From Hemiscyllium ocellatum (Eukaryota), in the NCBI RefSeq assembly GCF_020745735.1, contig NC_083407.1, forward strand, positions 106,754,748-106,818,747: a DNA stretch of 64,000 bases. Direction: 5' to 3'. The position numbers and the translations under genes are program-made. Numbering within the stretch: the stretch's first letter is position 1; every line of letters starts with the position of its first letter. Below the pieces are notes generated by a model. It saw only the letters and a list, made by a program, of their open reading frames with translations. It had not been told where the DNA came from and searched no databases. Of this stretch, positions 23,275-33,785 are shown piece after piece.

Positions 23275-25482
23275 ATAAGACCATAAGACATAGGAGTGGA
23301 AGTAAGGCCATTCGGCCCATCGAGTCCACTCCGCCATTCAATCATTGCTCTGATGGGCATTTCAACTCCACTTACCCACATTCTCCCCGTAGCTCTTAAT
23401 TCCTCGTGACATCAAGAATTTATCAATCCTGCCTTGAAGACATTTAGCGTCCCGGCCTCCACTGCACTTCGCGGCAATGAATTCCACAGGCCCACCACTC
23501 TCTGGCTGAAGAAGTGTCTCAGCATTTCTGTTCTGAATTGACCCCCTCTAATTCTAAGGCTGTGTCCACGGGTCCTAGTCTCCTCGCCTAATGGAAACAA
23601 TTTCCAAGCATCCACCCTTTCCAAGATATGTATTATCTTGTAAGTTTCTATTAGATCTCCCTTAACCTTCTGAACTCCAATGAATACAATCCCAGGATTC
23701 TCAGCTGTTCCTTGTATGTTGGACCTACCATTCCAGGGATCATCCGTGTGAATCTCCGCTGGACATGTTCCAGTGCCAGTATGTCCTTCCTGATGTGTGG
23801 GGACCAAAACTGGACACAGTACTCCAAATGGGGCCTAACCAGAGCTTTATAAAGTCTCAGTAGCACATTGGTGCTTTTATATTCCAACCCTCTTGAGATA
23901 AATGACAACATTGCATTCGCTTCCTTAATCACGAATTCAACCTGCATGTTTACCTTTAGAGAATCCTCGACTAGCATTCCCAGATCCCTTTGTACTTTGG
24001 CTTTATGAATTTTCTCACCGTTTAGAAAGTAGTCCATGCTTGTATTCTTTTTTCCAAAGTGCAAAACCTCGCATTTGCTCACATTGAATTCCATCAGCCA
24101 TTTCCTGGACCACTCTCCCAAACTGTCAAGATCCTTCTGCAGCCTCCCCACTTCCTCAGTACTACCTGCCTGTCCATCTAACTTTGTATCATTGGCAAAC
24201 TTCATTAGAATACCCCCAGTCCCTTCATCCAGATCATTAATATATAACATGAACAGCTGCGGCCCCAACACTGAACCCTGCGGGACACCGCTTGTCACTG
24301 GCTGCCATTCCGAAAAAGAACCTTTTATCCCAACTTTCTGCCTTCTGTCAGACAGTCAATCCTCAATCCACACCAGTAGCTCACCTCGAACACCATGGGC
24401 CCTCACCTTGCTCAGAAGCCTCCCGTGTGGACCTTATCAAAGGCCTTTTGGAAGTCTAGATAGATCACATCCACTGGGTTTCCCTGGTCTAATCTACTTG
24501 CCACCTCTTCAAAGAATTCCAACAGGTTTGTCAGGCATGACCTCCCCTTACTAAATCCATGTTGACTTGTCCTAATCCGACCCTGCTCTTCCAAGAATTT
24601 AGAAACCTCATCCTTAATGATCGATTCTGGAATTTTACCAACAACTGAGGTTAGGCTAATTGGCCTGTAATTTTCCATCTTCTGTCTTGATCCTTTCTTG
24701 AACAAAGGGATTACAACAGCGATCTTCCAATCATCCAGGACTTTCCCTGACTCCACTGACTTTTGAAAGATCTCAACCAATGCCTCCGCTATTTCCTCAG
24801 ATCTCTAGGATGTAGCCCATCGGGGCCAGGAGATTTATCAATTTTAAGCTTTTAGCTTTTCTAGCACTTTCTCTTTTGTAATGGCAACCATACTCAACTC
24901 AGCCCCCTGACTCCCTTCAATTGTTGGGATATTATTCATGTCTTCCACTGTGAAGACTGATGCAAAGTACTTATTAAGTTCTCCAGCTATTTCCTTATCT
25001 CCCATCACTAGCCTTCCAGCATCAGTTTGAAGTGGCCCAATGTCTACTTTTGCCTGTCGTTTGCTTATGTATTGAAATAAACTTTTACCATCATTTCTAA
25101 TATTACTGGCTAGCCTACCTTCGTATCTCATCCTCTCCTTCCTTATTTCTCTCTTTGTTATCCTCTGTTTGCTTTTGTAGCCTTCCCAATCTTCTGATTT
25201 CCCACTGCTCTTGGCCACTTTATAGGATCTCTCTTTCTTTGATACATTTCCTGACAAAAAGACTTCCTTTGTCAGCCATGGCTGTCTAATCCCTCCCTGG
25301 ATAATCTCTCTTTTCTTGGGGATGAACCTCTGTACAGTGTCCTCAATTATACCCACAAACTCCTGCCATTTTTTTGCTCTACTGTCTTCCCCGCTAGGCC
25401 CTGCTTCCAGTCGATTTTCATCAGTTCCTCTCTCATGCCCTCATAAATACCTTTATTTAACTGTAACACCATTACATCCAAT
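23275..25482 (-). mobile_element. Young CR1 LINE of a second subfamily (about 2.2 kb), nested inside a Penelope-like pLTR fragment
   Basis: Long ORF2 pieces (215, 122 and 170 aa) with GVPQGSVLGP, LDFQKAFDKV, NYRPISLTS; tail ATAAGACCATAAGAC; host halves at 23231-23274 and 25483-25565. Confidence 0.95.
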
Positions 25483-25988
25483 TTTGCTGAAAAAGCACAG
25501 CAGGTCAGGCAGCATTCAAAGAGCAGGAGAATCGATGTTTTGGGCATAAGCCCTTCTTCAGGAATTATGATGCGTCAGTTTGAGGATATTAGCATTTGAT
25601 ATCACTCATCATTAACAGTATTTCATTTACAATATATATATATAGTCTTATCCAGGTAATTTTGTTTTGCACTAAACTGAACACTTGCAAGATTTCCTCC
25701 AAAGCACATGATCCTGACTTGGAAATATAATCATTATCCCTTGACTGTCACTGGGTCTAAATCCTAGAACTTCCTCCCAAACCTCACTGAGCCTACAGTA
25801 GTTCAAGGAAACAGATCACCACCAGTTTTGCAAGGGCAAACAGGGATGGGAACAAATATCGGCCTTGCTAACTACACATACATCCCTGAGCAAATAAAAG
25901 GACAAGAGCTCCATCAACCAAAGGCACTAAAATCAAAGTACATTTTGGAAACAAATCGCAACAAAAATAAATTTTAAAATAGCATAAT

Positions 25989-26546
25989 TTGGAGATGCCG
26001 GTGTTGGACTGGGGTGTACAAACTTAAAAATCTGCCAATCTCCAAACACCGTCCTACAACTCATCTACTTTATCCTCGATCACAACATCTTCACCTTTGA
26101 CAACCAGTTCTTCACTCAGACACATGGAACAGCTATGGGGGACCAAATTTGCACCCCAATATGCCAACATCTTCATGCACAGGTTCAAACAAGACTTCTG
26201 CTCTACGCAGGACCTCCAACCACCATTATACACCAGGCACATTGACAACATTTTCTTCCTCTGGACCCATGGCGAGGAGTCACTGATAAAACTACACAGT
26301 GATATCAGCAAGTTTCATCCCACCAATCTCCCGACTATCTGTCTCATTCTTGGACACATGCATCTCCATCAAGGATGGACACCTCAGCAGCACACTCTAC
26401 TGCAAACCCACGGAAAACCTCACAAAACTACACTTCTCCAGCTTCCACCCAAAACATTAAAACAGCCATCCCCTGTGGACAAGCCCTACTCATACATCGG
26501 ATCTGCTCAGACCAGGAGGAATGTAACGGACACCTGGAAGTACTCA
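25989..26546 (+). mobile_element. Penelope-like element RT remnant
   Basis: GTKFAPQYANIFM and YTRHIDNIFFLWTHGEESL (degenerate YIDD) are typical PLE RT motifs; preceded by pLTR-type sequence. Confidence 0.8.
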
Positions 26547-27151
26547 GCAGGCATCTTGCAGTTTCAGTAGAAAATCACAACCTTAAAAAACACATACTGC
26601 TTGCCATTCCTTTAGTGACTGATTTTCCACTCAAGCCTCTGAAGTGAGGACTTCTACCTGAACCTTCCAAATCACAAGAAGGATCCTGAGAAGTTGTGTT
26701 GTTGTTGTAGGATCGCAGGGGGCAGCATCTACTTGTATAAGTAAAATAAACAACTGCGGATGCTGGAAACATGAAACAAAAACAAGCAGAAACTGCTGGA
26801 GAAACTCAGCAAGTGCGACCGCATCTATGGAGAGAAAAACCAACGTTTGGAGCCCAGTCACCCTGTTACTATCCTTAAGCATCTACTCTCAGTGCGTGCA
26901 ACAGCAAATTACTGCAGATGCTGGAATCCGTACTAAAACCATCAACAAGAAAAAAAAGCTGGGAATCACAGCTCAGTCTGTGCATCTTAATTTCAACACA
27001 ATGCAGAAGAATATTATTAGGTATTGACAGGGAAGAAGCGAGGAGGCATATTAGATTCATGCAAAAGAAACTGGACGGGCGGAGATGTGTTTACAAACTG
27101 AGTTGCATTAAAACGGTCAGGTCAACCTGATCAACATTTGGAGGTGCACAT

Positions 27152-27300
27152 GACACCAGGTCAGAATCCAACTGGTTTATTTGAAAGCACTAGCTTTCGG
27201 AGCGCTGCTTCGTCATCAGGTGACAGCTCCCTGATGAAGGAGCAAGCGCTCCGAAAGCTAGTGTTTCTAAATGAACCTGTTGGGCTATAAACCACTGGTC
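27152..27300. mobile_element. Palindromic Penelope-like pLTR junction with two divergent hammerhead motifs
   Basis: Inverted arms; CTGATGA...GAAAGCTAGTG on the - strand (27188-27222) and on the + strand (27231-27263). Confidence 0.78.
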
Positions 27301-27501
27301 AACATTCACATAGAGAGAGAGGGGTGCAGGCAGCTCATGACCAGCCCTCTCAAGGAGAGACCTCCCAGACGCCTCTCAAGGGCAAATCCCACCAAACCGG
27401 GTCGGCAAACGGCAGACGCCGGAGCTGGTTGGCGAAACCGTTCCGCCGGGCACGCCAAACTACCTCGATCAATCGCAGCGGACAGTGACCGTCGCTCTCA
27501 C

Positions 27502-27620
27502 CCACCGGCGCTCCTCGCCTTCACTGTTTGGTCTTCTCAACCAGAACAGCGGCGCAATGGCGGCTCCAGACTCGGCTCTTTCCGGCCACCCGCTCGGCAA
27601 TCTCCGGGAAGTCCGGCCTC
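27502..27620 (-). other. NDUFS1: Putative non-coding exon 1 of NDUFS1
   Basis: Lies in the CpG island; two candidate donors (CCG|GTGGGT, exon end 27506; TGG|GTGAGA, exon end 27502); YY1-like GCCGCCATT at 27556-27564; TSS not determinable from sequence. Confidence 0.6.
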
Positions 27621-28188
27621 CGCAATATTTTTTTTAAAAAAGCCTCGAAAATTACAACATTTTCGGTTTAACGTTACCCCCCACCGCTATTTAAAGCTTT
27701 ACCGTATTTTAGAAAAAAAAATGAATAAAATCGTAAGGTGCGGGAGGGGTTTAAAGAAAAAGACTTCGGCAATTTCCGTAGCCCAATAAAAGACGCGAAC
27801 TTTCCCCAGGAGAGGTCACGATTTAATATTAAATATTAAATTTTAATTTTAAATGTGTTCGGTTGCGGGATGGTGAAGAATATGGCGAGATGGTGTTTGT
27901 TTCGGATTATTTTGTTATTTAATTTCTTTTTTGGGGTTCCGCCCCGCCCCCTCCCCCGAGGGCCCGCTTCCGGTGAGTATATAAAGGCGGCGCGCGGGCG
28001 CCTCGGCCTTTTGTAACGGACACCGCAGGCGGGAGGGACACGTGCCAGTGCACACCGGGAGCTGCTGCGTCTACCCGCCCTACCCCTCTCACACACAGAC
28101 ACAAACAGAGCTAGGCCGCTTACTCCTCACCCCCTTATCTTTCCCCTCTCTCTCTCACACACACACACGCCCACTCTTAACCGGCCAC

Positions 28189-28268
28189 ATGGGATTCGGC
28201 GACCTCCGATCCCCCTCCGGCCTCAAGGTGCTGAACGACTACCTGGCGGACCGGAGCTACATCGAGGG
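28189..28268 (+). CDS. EEF1B2: EEF1B2 coding exon 1 (80 nt)
   Basis: [27 protein letters not shown]; donor GG|GTGGGT gives the correct phase. Confidence 0.96.
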
Positions 28269-29010
28269 GTGGGTAAGGCCGCGCTTGAGGGCGGATACGG
28301 TCGGCTGCTTGGGGGGGGAGGGGGGGGGTGGTGGTGGAAGGAGAGGGGCGAGTCCTGCCAACGCATACCGGGTGAGGCCCTCACCCCGCCGCCTGGGCTG
28401 GGGTCTCGGCCCCGTGGTGGGCGTCACTCCGACCCTTCGCCATCTCGATAGTTCGATCTTTTCTCTCTCTTCCCCCCCCCCCCCACCCAAAAAAAGACTC
28501 GTTTAGTTAAATTCCGTCCTGATCGTTTCTTGTGTGTCTCCCCCCACCCTCTTTTCTGCCTCCCCTCCTCTTTCCCCCACCTTTCTATTACACTTTCCCC
28601 CCCCCCCCCCCCCCTTACCTTGAGCCTATGGCGTGTTTTTGTTTATTCTATTTTCCCTCCCCCTCACGTAACCCTTTTATCTTTTCTGGGTGGGTTTGTT
28701 CCTTCCCGCTTTTTCTTCCTTTGTTTCTGACTGCATTCTCTTTTCTTTCCCATTTCCCATATGCGCTCTCATCCCCCACCCCCTTTGCTATTTGAACAGC
28801 CTCTCAAAATGTACCACTACTGCTTTATTTCCCCCACCCCCGACACTTCCTAACGCTTTCCTGGACTGTCTCCTCTTTTGCTACTGCCCCAGCTCGCATG
28901 CTCAAAATGTTGGGATCCATTCCCCCTCTAGATCTCCACGCTCTTCTTTCAAGGACCCCAGATGAAGTGTTGATTGTACAAGAGAACTCCCTTGGTTTTT
29001 TAAAACTTCA

Positions 29011-29427
29011 AGGTGGTAAAAACAATAACTGCAGATGCTGGAAACCAGATTCTGGATCAGTGGTGCTGGAAGAGCACAGCAGTTCAGTGGACTTCCAACA
29101 GTTTCCTCATTTCCCCTTCCCCCACCTCACCCTAGTTCCAAACTTGAGCTCAGCACTGTCCCCATGACTTGTCTGACCTGCCTAGCTCCTTTTCCACCTA
29201 TCCACTCCACCCTCTCCTCCCTGATCTATCACCTTCACCCCCTCCCCCACTCACTATTGTACTCTATGCTACTTTCTCCCCACCCCACCCTTCTCTAGCT
29301 TATCTCTCCACGCTTCAGGCTCACTGCCTTTATTCCTGATGAAGGGTTTTTTCCTGAAACGTTGATTTCGCTGCTCCTTGGATGCTGCCTGAACTGCTGT
29401 GCTCTTCCAGCACCAATGATCCAGAAT
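29011..29427 (+). mobile_element. Penelope-like 3' fragment with an inverted 5' pLTR piece and a 13-bp TSD
   Basis: ATTCTGGATCAGTGGTGCTGGAAGAGCACAGCAGTTCAG mirrored at the right end; TSD TTTTAA(A/C)ACTTCA at 28998-29010 and 29428-29440; CTGATGA...GAAACG core near 29336-29361. Confidence 0.78.
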
Positions 29428-29532
29428 TTTTAACACTTCAGTTGTTCCATGCCCTAGTTATGTTTGCTTTCAGTAGCAGTTGTGTGTGGTGGCAATCTTT
29501 TATTTTGAAAAGTAATTCCTAATCATTTGCAG

Positions 29533-29655
29533 GTATGTTCCATCACAAGCTGACATAGCTGTCTTTGAAGCTCTTGCTGCTCCACCATCAGCTGACTTAT
29601 ACCATGCACTTCGTTGGTACAACCATATCCTATCCTATGAAAGCACCAAGGATTG
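29533..29655 (+). CDS. EEF1B2: EEF1B2 coding exon 2 (123 nt)
   Basis: [40 protein letters not shown]; AG/GT boundaries. Confidence 0.97.
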
Positions 29656-30789
29656 GTATGTTCTGTTTGATATGAGCTGTTTGGCATTTACTGTGAATCC
29701 CACTACTTGTGATTATGACTTTAGTGACCATTGGGCAATTATTTTATTGGTTAAGGTAAAAGATCTGCAGTATGATAGCTTAACTATTTTTTTGATGTTG
29801 GGATGATCCAGGAGACTGCTGCTCAAGTTGTACACTAGGAGTCAGATTTACTATTGATGTTGTTGTTCCTTTGATATGTAAGGAGACAGAATTTCCCTGT
29901 TTCCATTAAATGTCTTGTGGGCTTAATGTCTCAAATTTATAATGCTCATAATTCATCCCCTGATAACTGTTAATTCTCAGGCTGGGTCTGATGTGCTTGA
30001 GATAATCATCTTCCCAGTTCAAAACAAACTGATTTGTTATGAACTATATAATTTACCATTTTGACATATCCTGGTCCATTAAGCTTGTACTGGCTTTCAT
30101 CAAGTATTCATTATGTATCTGGTTTTAAAGATGGGGCTTTCTAAAGATCCAGTTATGACTATTCAAACAGATCCCTGCTTTTAAACAAATTGCTTGCAAA
30201 ACTCAATTGTTTTAGTAGCATCTGTGGAGAAGAGTCTCTGGACTCATACTTTCTCCATGGATGCTGCCAGATTTGTTCCTCCAGTTTGTATTTGTTTCAA
30301 ATTTTGGGCATCTGCAGTTCTTTTTGAAGTTTCCATTCGTCGTCCTGTGGCTGCATATTTAAGTTGATCAGTTGTCCAATTACCGTAAAATTTCTTGATG
30401 CTTTCAAACTCTTACCTTACTCCATGCATTTCCTCCACCCTGACTGTGATCAAATCTGGCCTCCAAATCAGTGATTGCTGTTCTCAGCTTTTCTATTCTG
30501 TTCCTGCCTACTGTAACACTCAAAATTAAAGGTTTGCTTTGAATTTAGCATAAGATAATTTTAAGTCCTAATACTCAGGAGGAATGTATTATACTTGAGT
30601 GGCTTGTCACTTGGAAAAAGAGCTCTCCATTAGTGTTTGCTTCGCTGCTTCTCTGTCTAATTTAAGTTGATTACTATAATCATGCATGACATGCATATGT
30701 GGATGACTGCTGTTTCATTGCTTCATCTATACAAGACTTCTGGTTCAGTATTTGGCAAATGATCTTAGATTGACTTAAGACCTGTTTAG

Positions 30790-31005
30790 GAGGAGAAAGT
30801 GAGGACTACAAATGCTGGAGATCAGAGCTGAAAATGTGTTGCTGGAAAAGTGCAGCACGTCAGGCAGCATCCAAGGAACAGGAGATTTGATGTTTTGGGC
30901 ATAAGCCCTCCTTACTGAAGAAGGGCTTGTGCCCAAAACGTCAAATCTCCTGTTCCTTGGATGCTGCCTGACCTGTGCTTTTCCAGCAACACATTTTCAG
31001 CTCAG
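30790..31005. mobile_element. Hairpin (inverted pLTR) Penelope-derived insertion with a 15-bp TSD
   Basis: About 85-bp near-perfect inverted arms; TTAAGACCTGTTTAG at 30775-30789 and 31006-31020. Confidence 0.85.
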
Positions 31006-31702
31006 TTAAGACCTGTTTAGTCAAATATTGCACTTCCGTATTTGTTGAAGCAGGGACTTGAGTGGTTTCTAGATCCCATACCTTGGCAACTGCCATTGAG
31101 ATCCAACAGCAAGTTAGCTTCCATGTAGTGTGACAATGTTATGTAGTACTCACCAGTTGTTGTTCTCTTTAGTCACATGGCAATCCATGGCAAAAACTTG
31201 GGATTCCAGATGTCATACTTAGGTTCTTGAAAAAGATAAGAATTAACTTTAAGACTGCAAATCAATAATCAAATCAGTTCATCAGAGCTGTATTCAAAAG
31301 CTATGGATTTAGGCTTGTGTAGTGATTATTTCTATTTTATTCCTTTCCAAATGTCTTGATATTGATCATGTCCAACTCAAGTCTGAGACAACTTCATTTT
31401 CAACTTGGAGGATTCCAACACCAGAAATTTTACCCAAATGGTAACAATCTGGGAATAATCAGCAACGTCCTGCCTTATAAAGGTTTGAAGATTTGATCGG
31501 AGGCAGAGTAGTTGCAGCTCCAAAACCAATCTTTCCTTGGTGTCTTATAGGGTCATGAGGGTGGGTAGGGGAGCAGGATTTATCAAAAGCAGCTTCATGA
31601 TCTATTCTGTTCATGTCTTTATCAATTTACTGGGTGGATAGAAGGAGAAACTGTCAAATCTGAAGTTCTGCTTTCTTGTTACTGAATTTAAGTCATTCTT
31701 AG

Positions 31703-31829
31703 CCTTCCAGGTGTTAAGCAACCCCTCAGTAAATATGGTCCACAAAATGTAGCAGATACGACATCAGCAAAAGCTGTGGATGATGACGACGACAATGACA
31801 TCGATCTCTTTGGTTCTGATGATGAGGAG
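31703..31829 (+). CDS. EEF1B2: EEF1B2 coding exon 3 (127 nt)
   Basis: [42 protein letters not shown], containing the acidic DLFGSD CK2 motif. Confidence 0.97.
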
Positions 31830-32512
31830 GTGGGTCCTATATAGCTCTTCTACTTGTGATTTTAAACCCTCCTGGAATAGGCTGAGATTAAGGACAAGGA
31901 TGATTTTTGCTATGGGTGGTCTTGTGGAAACTGTTCTAAATTTTAAGTATCTTTCTTAAATACAAAATTGAATGGCTTCAGATTTCTTCATCCTTGATAC
32001 ATAACTTGGCCTGACACTCAACTGAGAGCCTGGTTGGGGCACTACGTAAATCTGTTTAACTTCAAAAGTAGCTTCATGTAGTTGCAGGTTTGTAGAATTT
32101 GTTTAAAAATTGGAATGGCTGAGACAATGAAGCACTGTTTGTTCTCAGATTGTGGAATGAGGCTGGTTGTCACCATCTGAAAATGATTTGGGTATAAACT
32201 GGGTTTGAGGGCAGCTTGAGAAACTGACTTGGAGCCAATAAAATGCTATTTGGAATGCTATGGTTTGTCATTTCCTGGAGTCTGGGACTAGTTTTTGATT
32301 TTACCATTTGTCATCCTATAGCTGAATTTGTGGTTATGTTTTGTCCAATGAAATTGGTGCTAATTTCACTAAAACTGCAGAAGCAGGAGATGTGAAACAA
32401 ATTGCTGTCAAAAAATCAGCATCTGCAGAGAGAAAGCATACTTGAATATAGATATATATTTCAGTGTACTGTTCTGCGAGCATGCATGACGGTTTGCATT
32501 CGTTTCTTACAG

Positions 32513-32579
32513 GAAAGTGCAGAGGCTAAAAGACTCAAAGAAGAACGTCTAGCTCAATATGAAGCTAAGAAGTCCAAAA
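32513..32579 (+). CDS. EEF1B2: EEF1B2 coding exon 4 (67 nt)
   Basis: ESAEAKRLKEERLAQYEAKKSK; AG/GT boundaries. Confidence 0.97.
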
Positions 32580-32808
32580 GTAGGTTGTCATGTTTTAAGT
32601 TTAAAGTAGTCTTGAAGGTCCTTAATTCATGTCAGCTTCTTTAAATACTTCTTAGCTTTGTATGATATGTCCGAATAAATATCTAGTCAATGTGGTGACA
32701 GAGCTATGCAAGTGCATGCTGTTCAGATTTTGTTTCATTCCTAATGTATTATTTCTGTAATGCTGATTGCTTGCAACTGCATTAAATAGATGATGCTGTG
32801 AAAAACGA

Positions 32809-32884
32809 TGGTTTTAATGATGATTTCAATTCACCATCTTTCGACTGAATCAGTGATGTGAATTAATTGAATCTGACAAAACCA
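32809..32884 (+). ncRNA. SNORD51: C/D box snoRNA SNORD51 (U51)
   Basis: Box C ATGATGA 32817-32823; guide TCACCATCTTTCG (complementary to 28S CGAAAGATGGTGA) before D' CTGA 32845-32848; C'-like GTGATGT; box D CTGA 32873-32876; terminal stem TGGTTTT/AAAACCA; EEF1B2 is the known host gene. Confidence 0.93.
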
Positions 32885-33064
32885 ATGTTTCTAATAAATT
32901 GAAATGTTAGCTGTTAAGATTCCTGTCTGTATATAAGGAGTGTTTGGGGTGCTGGGATACTGGTCAGATGAGGCATGCGCACTCATTTGTATGCTAAGTC
33001 CTCTGTATAACTGTATGTAATTGCAAGCTCGTCCTTAATGATCATGCTTGTCATTCTCTTTTAG

Positions 33065-33190
33065 AGCCAGCACTTATTGCGAAATCATCTATTTTGTTGG
33101 ATGTAAAGCCATGGGATGATGAAACTGACATGGTCAAATTGGAAGAGTGTGTACGTTCAGTGACAATGGATGGCTTACTTTGGGGTGCCT
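33065..33190 (+). CDS. EEF1B2: EEF1B2 coding exon 5 (126 nt)
   Basis: [42 protein letters not shown] (GEF domain). Confidence 0.97.
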
Positions 33191-33521
33191 GTGAGTATTA
33201 TATTACATAATATTGTAAGTGGTCTGGCGCAGTTGTGTAATGTGGTACATTGATGCTGAATCAGTCAATATTGTTAGGTCTTGAGGTCTTTTGGCACAAG
33301 TCACTTTTCTGTAGATACTTTTCAAATGCTGAAAAGCAAAGAATTAAGCAGTCAAGTGGATTATTGGCTTGGGTAACAACAGGAGCCATGTCCCTGTATC
33401 ATTCTGATGGCAAGTTGCAGTTATCTACATGAGTTACTGTGCTGGATTTCATTGGTACATCTTGGATAAGGTTAACATATTTTTGTATATAGGCATATGT
33501 TGTGTAACAACCATTTACAGT

Positions 33522-33785
33522 GTCATAGATTTACAGCATAGAAGCAGACCCTTTGATCCAATTTGTCCATGCTGACAAACTATCTTCAATTAATCTAGTC
33601 CTATTTGGCCGATATCCGTCCCAATTCCTATTCATAGACCCATCCAGGTGCCTTTTAAATGTTGTAATTATACGAGCCACTGTCTCTTCCTCTTCCTCTG
33701 GCTCATTCCATACACACCACCCTCCATGTGAAAAAGTTGTCCCTCTGGTCCCTTTTAAAATCTCTTGGCTCTTTAAACCCATACA
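33522..33785 (-). mobile_element. CR1 3' tail fragment
   Basis: Reverse complement of the CR1 3' UTR (TFKRHLDG frame). Confidence 0.8.

Larger units (their letters stand above)
27400..28450. promoter_or_regulatory. Bidirectional CpG-island promoter shared by NDUFS1 and EEF1B2
   Basis: CpG-dense; GC boxes 27939-27950, ETS CTTCCGG 27967-27973, TATATAAAG 27978-27986, pyrimidine start CCTTTT 28007-28012, E-box CACGTG 28039-28044; GGAAGT near 27607 and a YY1 motif on the NDUFS1 side. Confidence 0.88.

Noticed and set aside
23651-25356. Active autonomous CR1 ORF2
   Set aside because: 5'-truncated, frameshifted, and the catalytic FADD reads FAND
27271-28506. Long ORFs of 172 aa and 154 aa across the promoter
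   Set aside because: GC-rich stop-poor sequence; only 28189-28268 matches a known protein
32950-33010. SNORA41-like 5' hairpin (TACTGG...CAGATGAG/CTCATTTG...TCCTCTG)
   Set aside because: No lower stem, no H box, and no room for a second hairpin plus ACA before the exon
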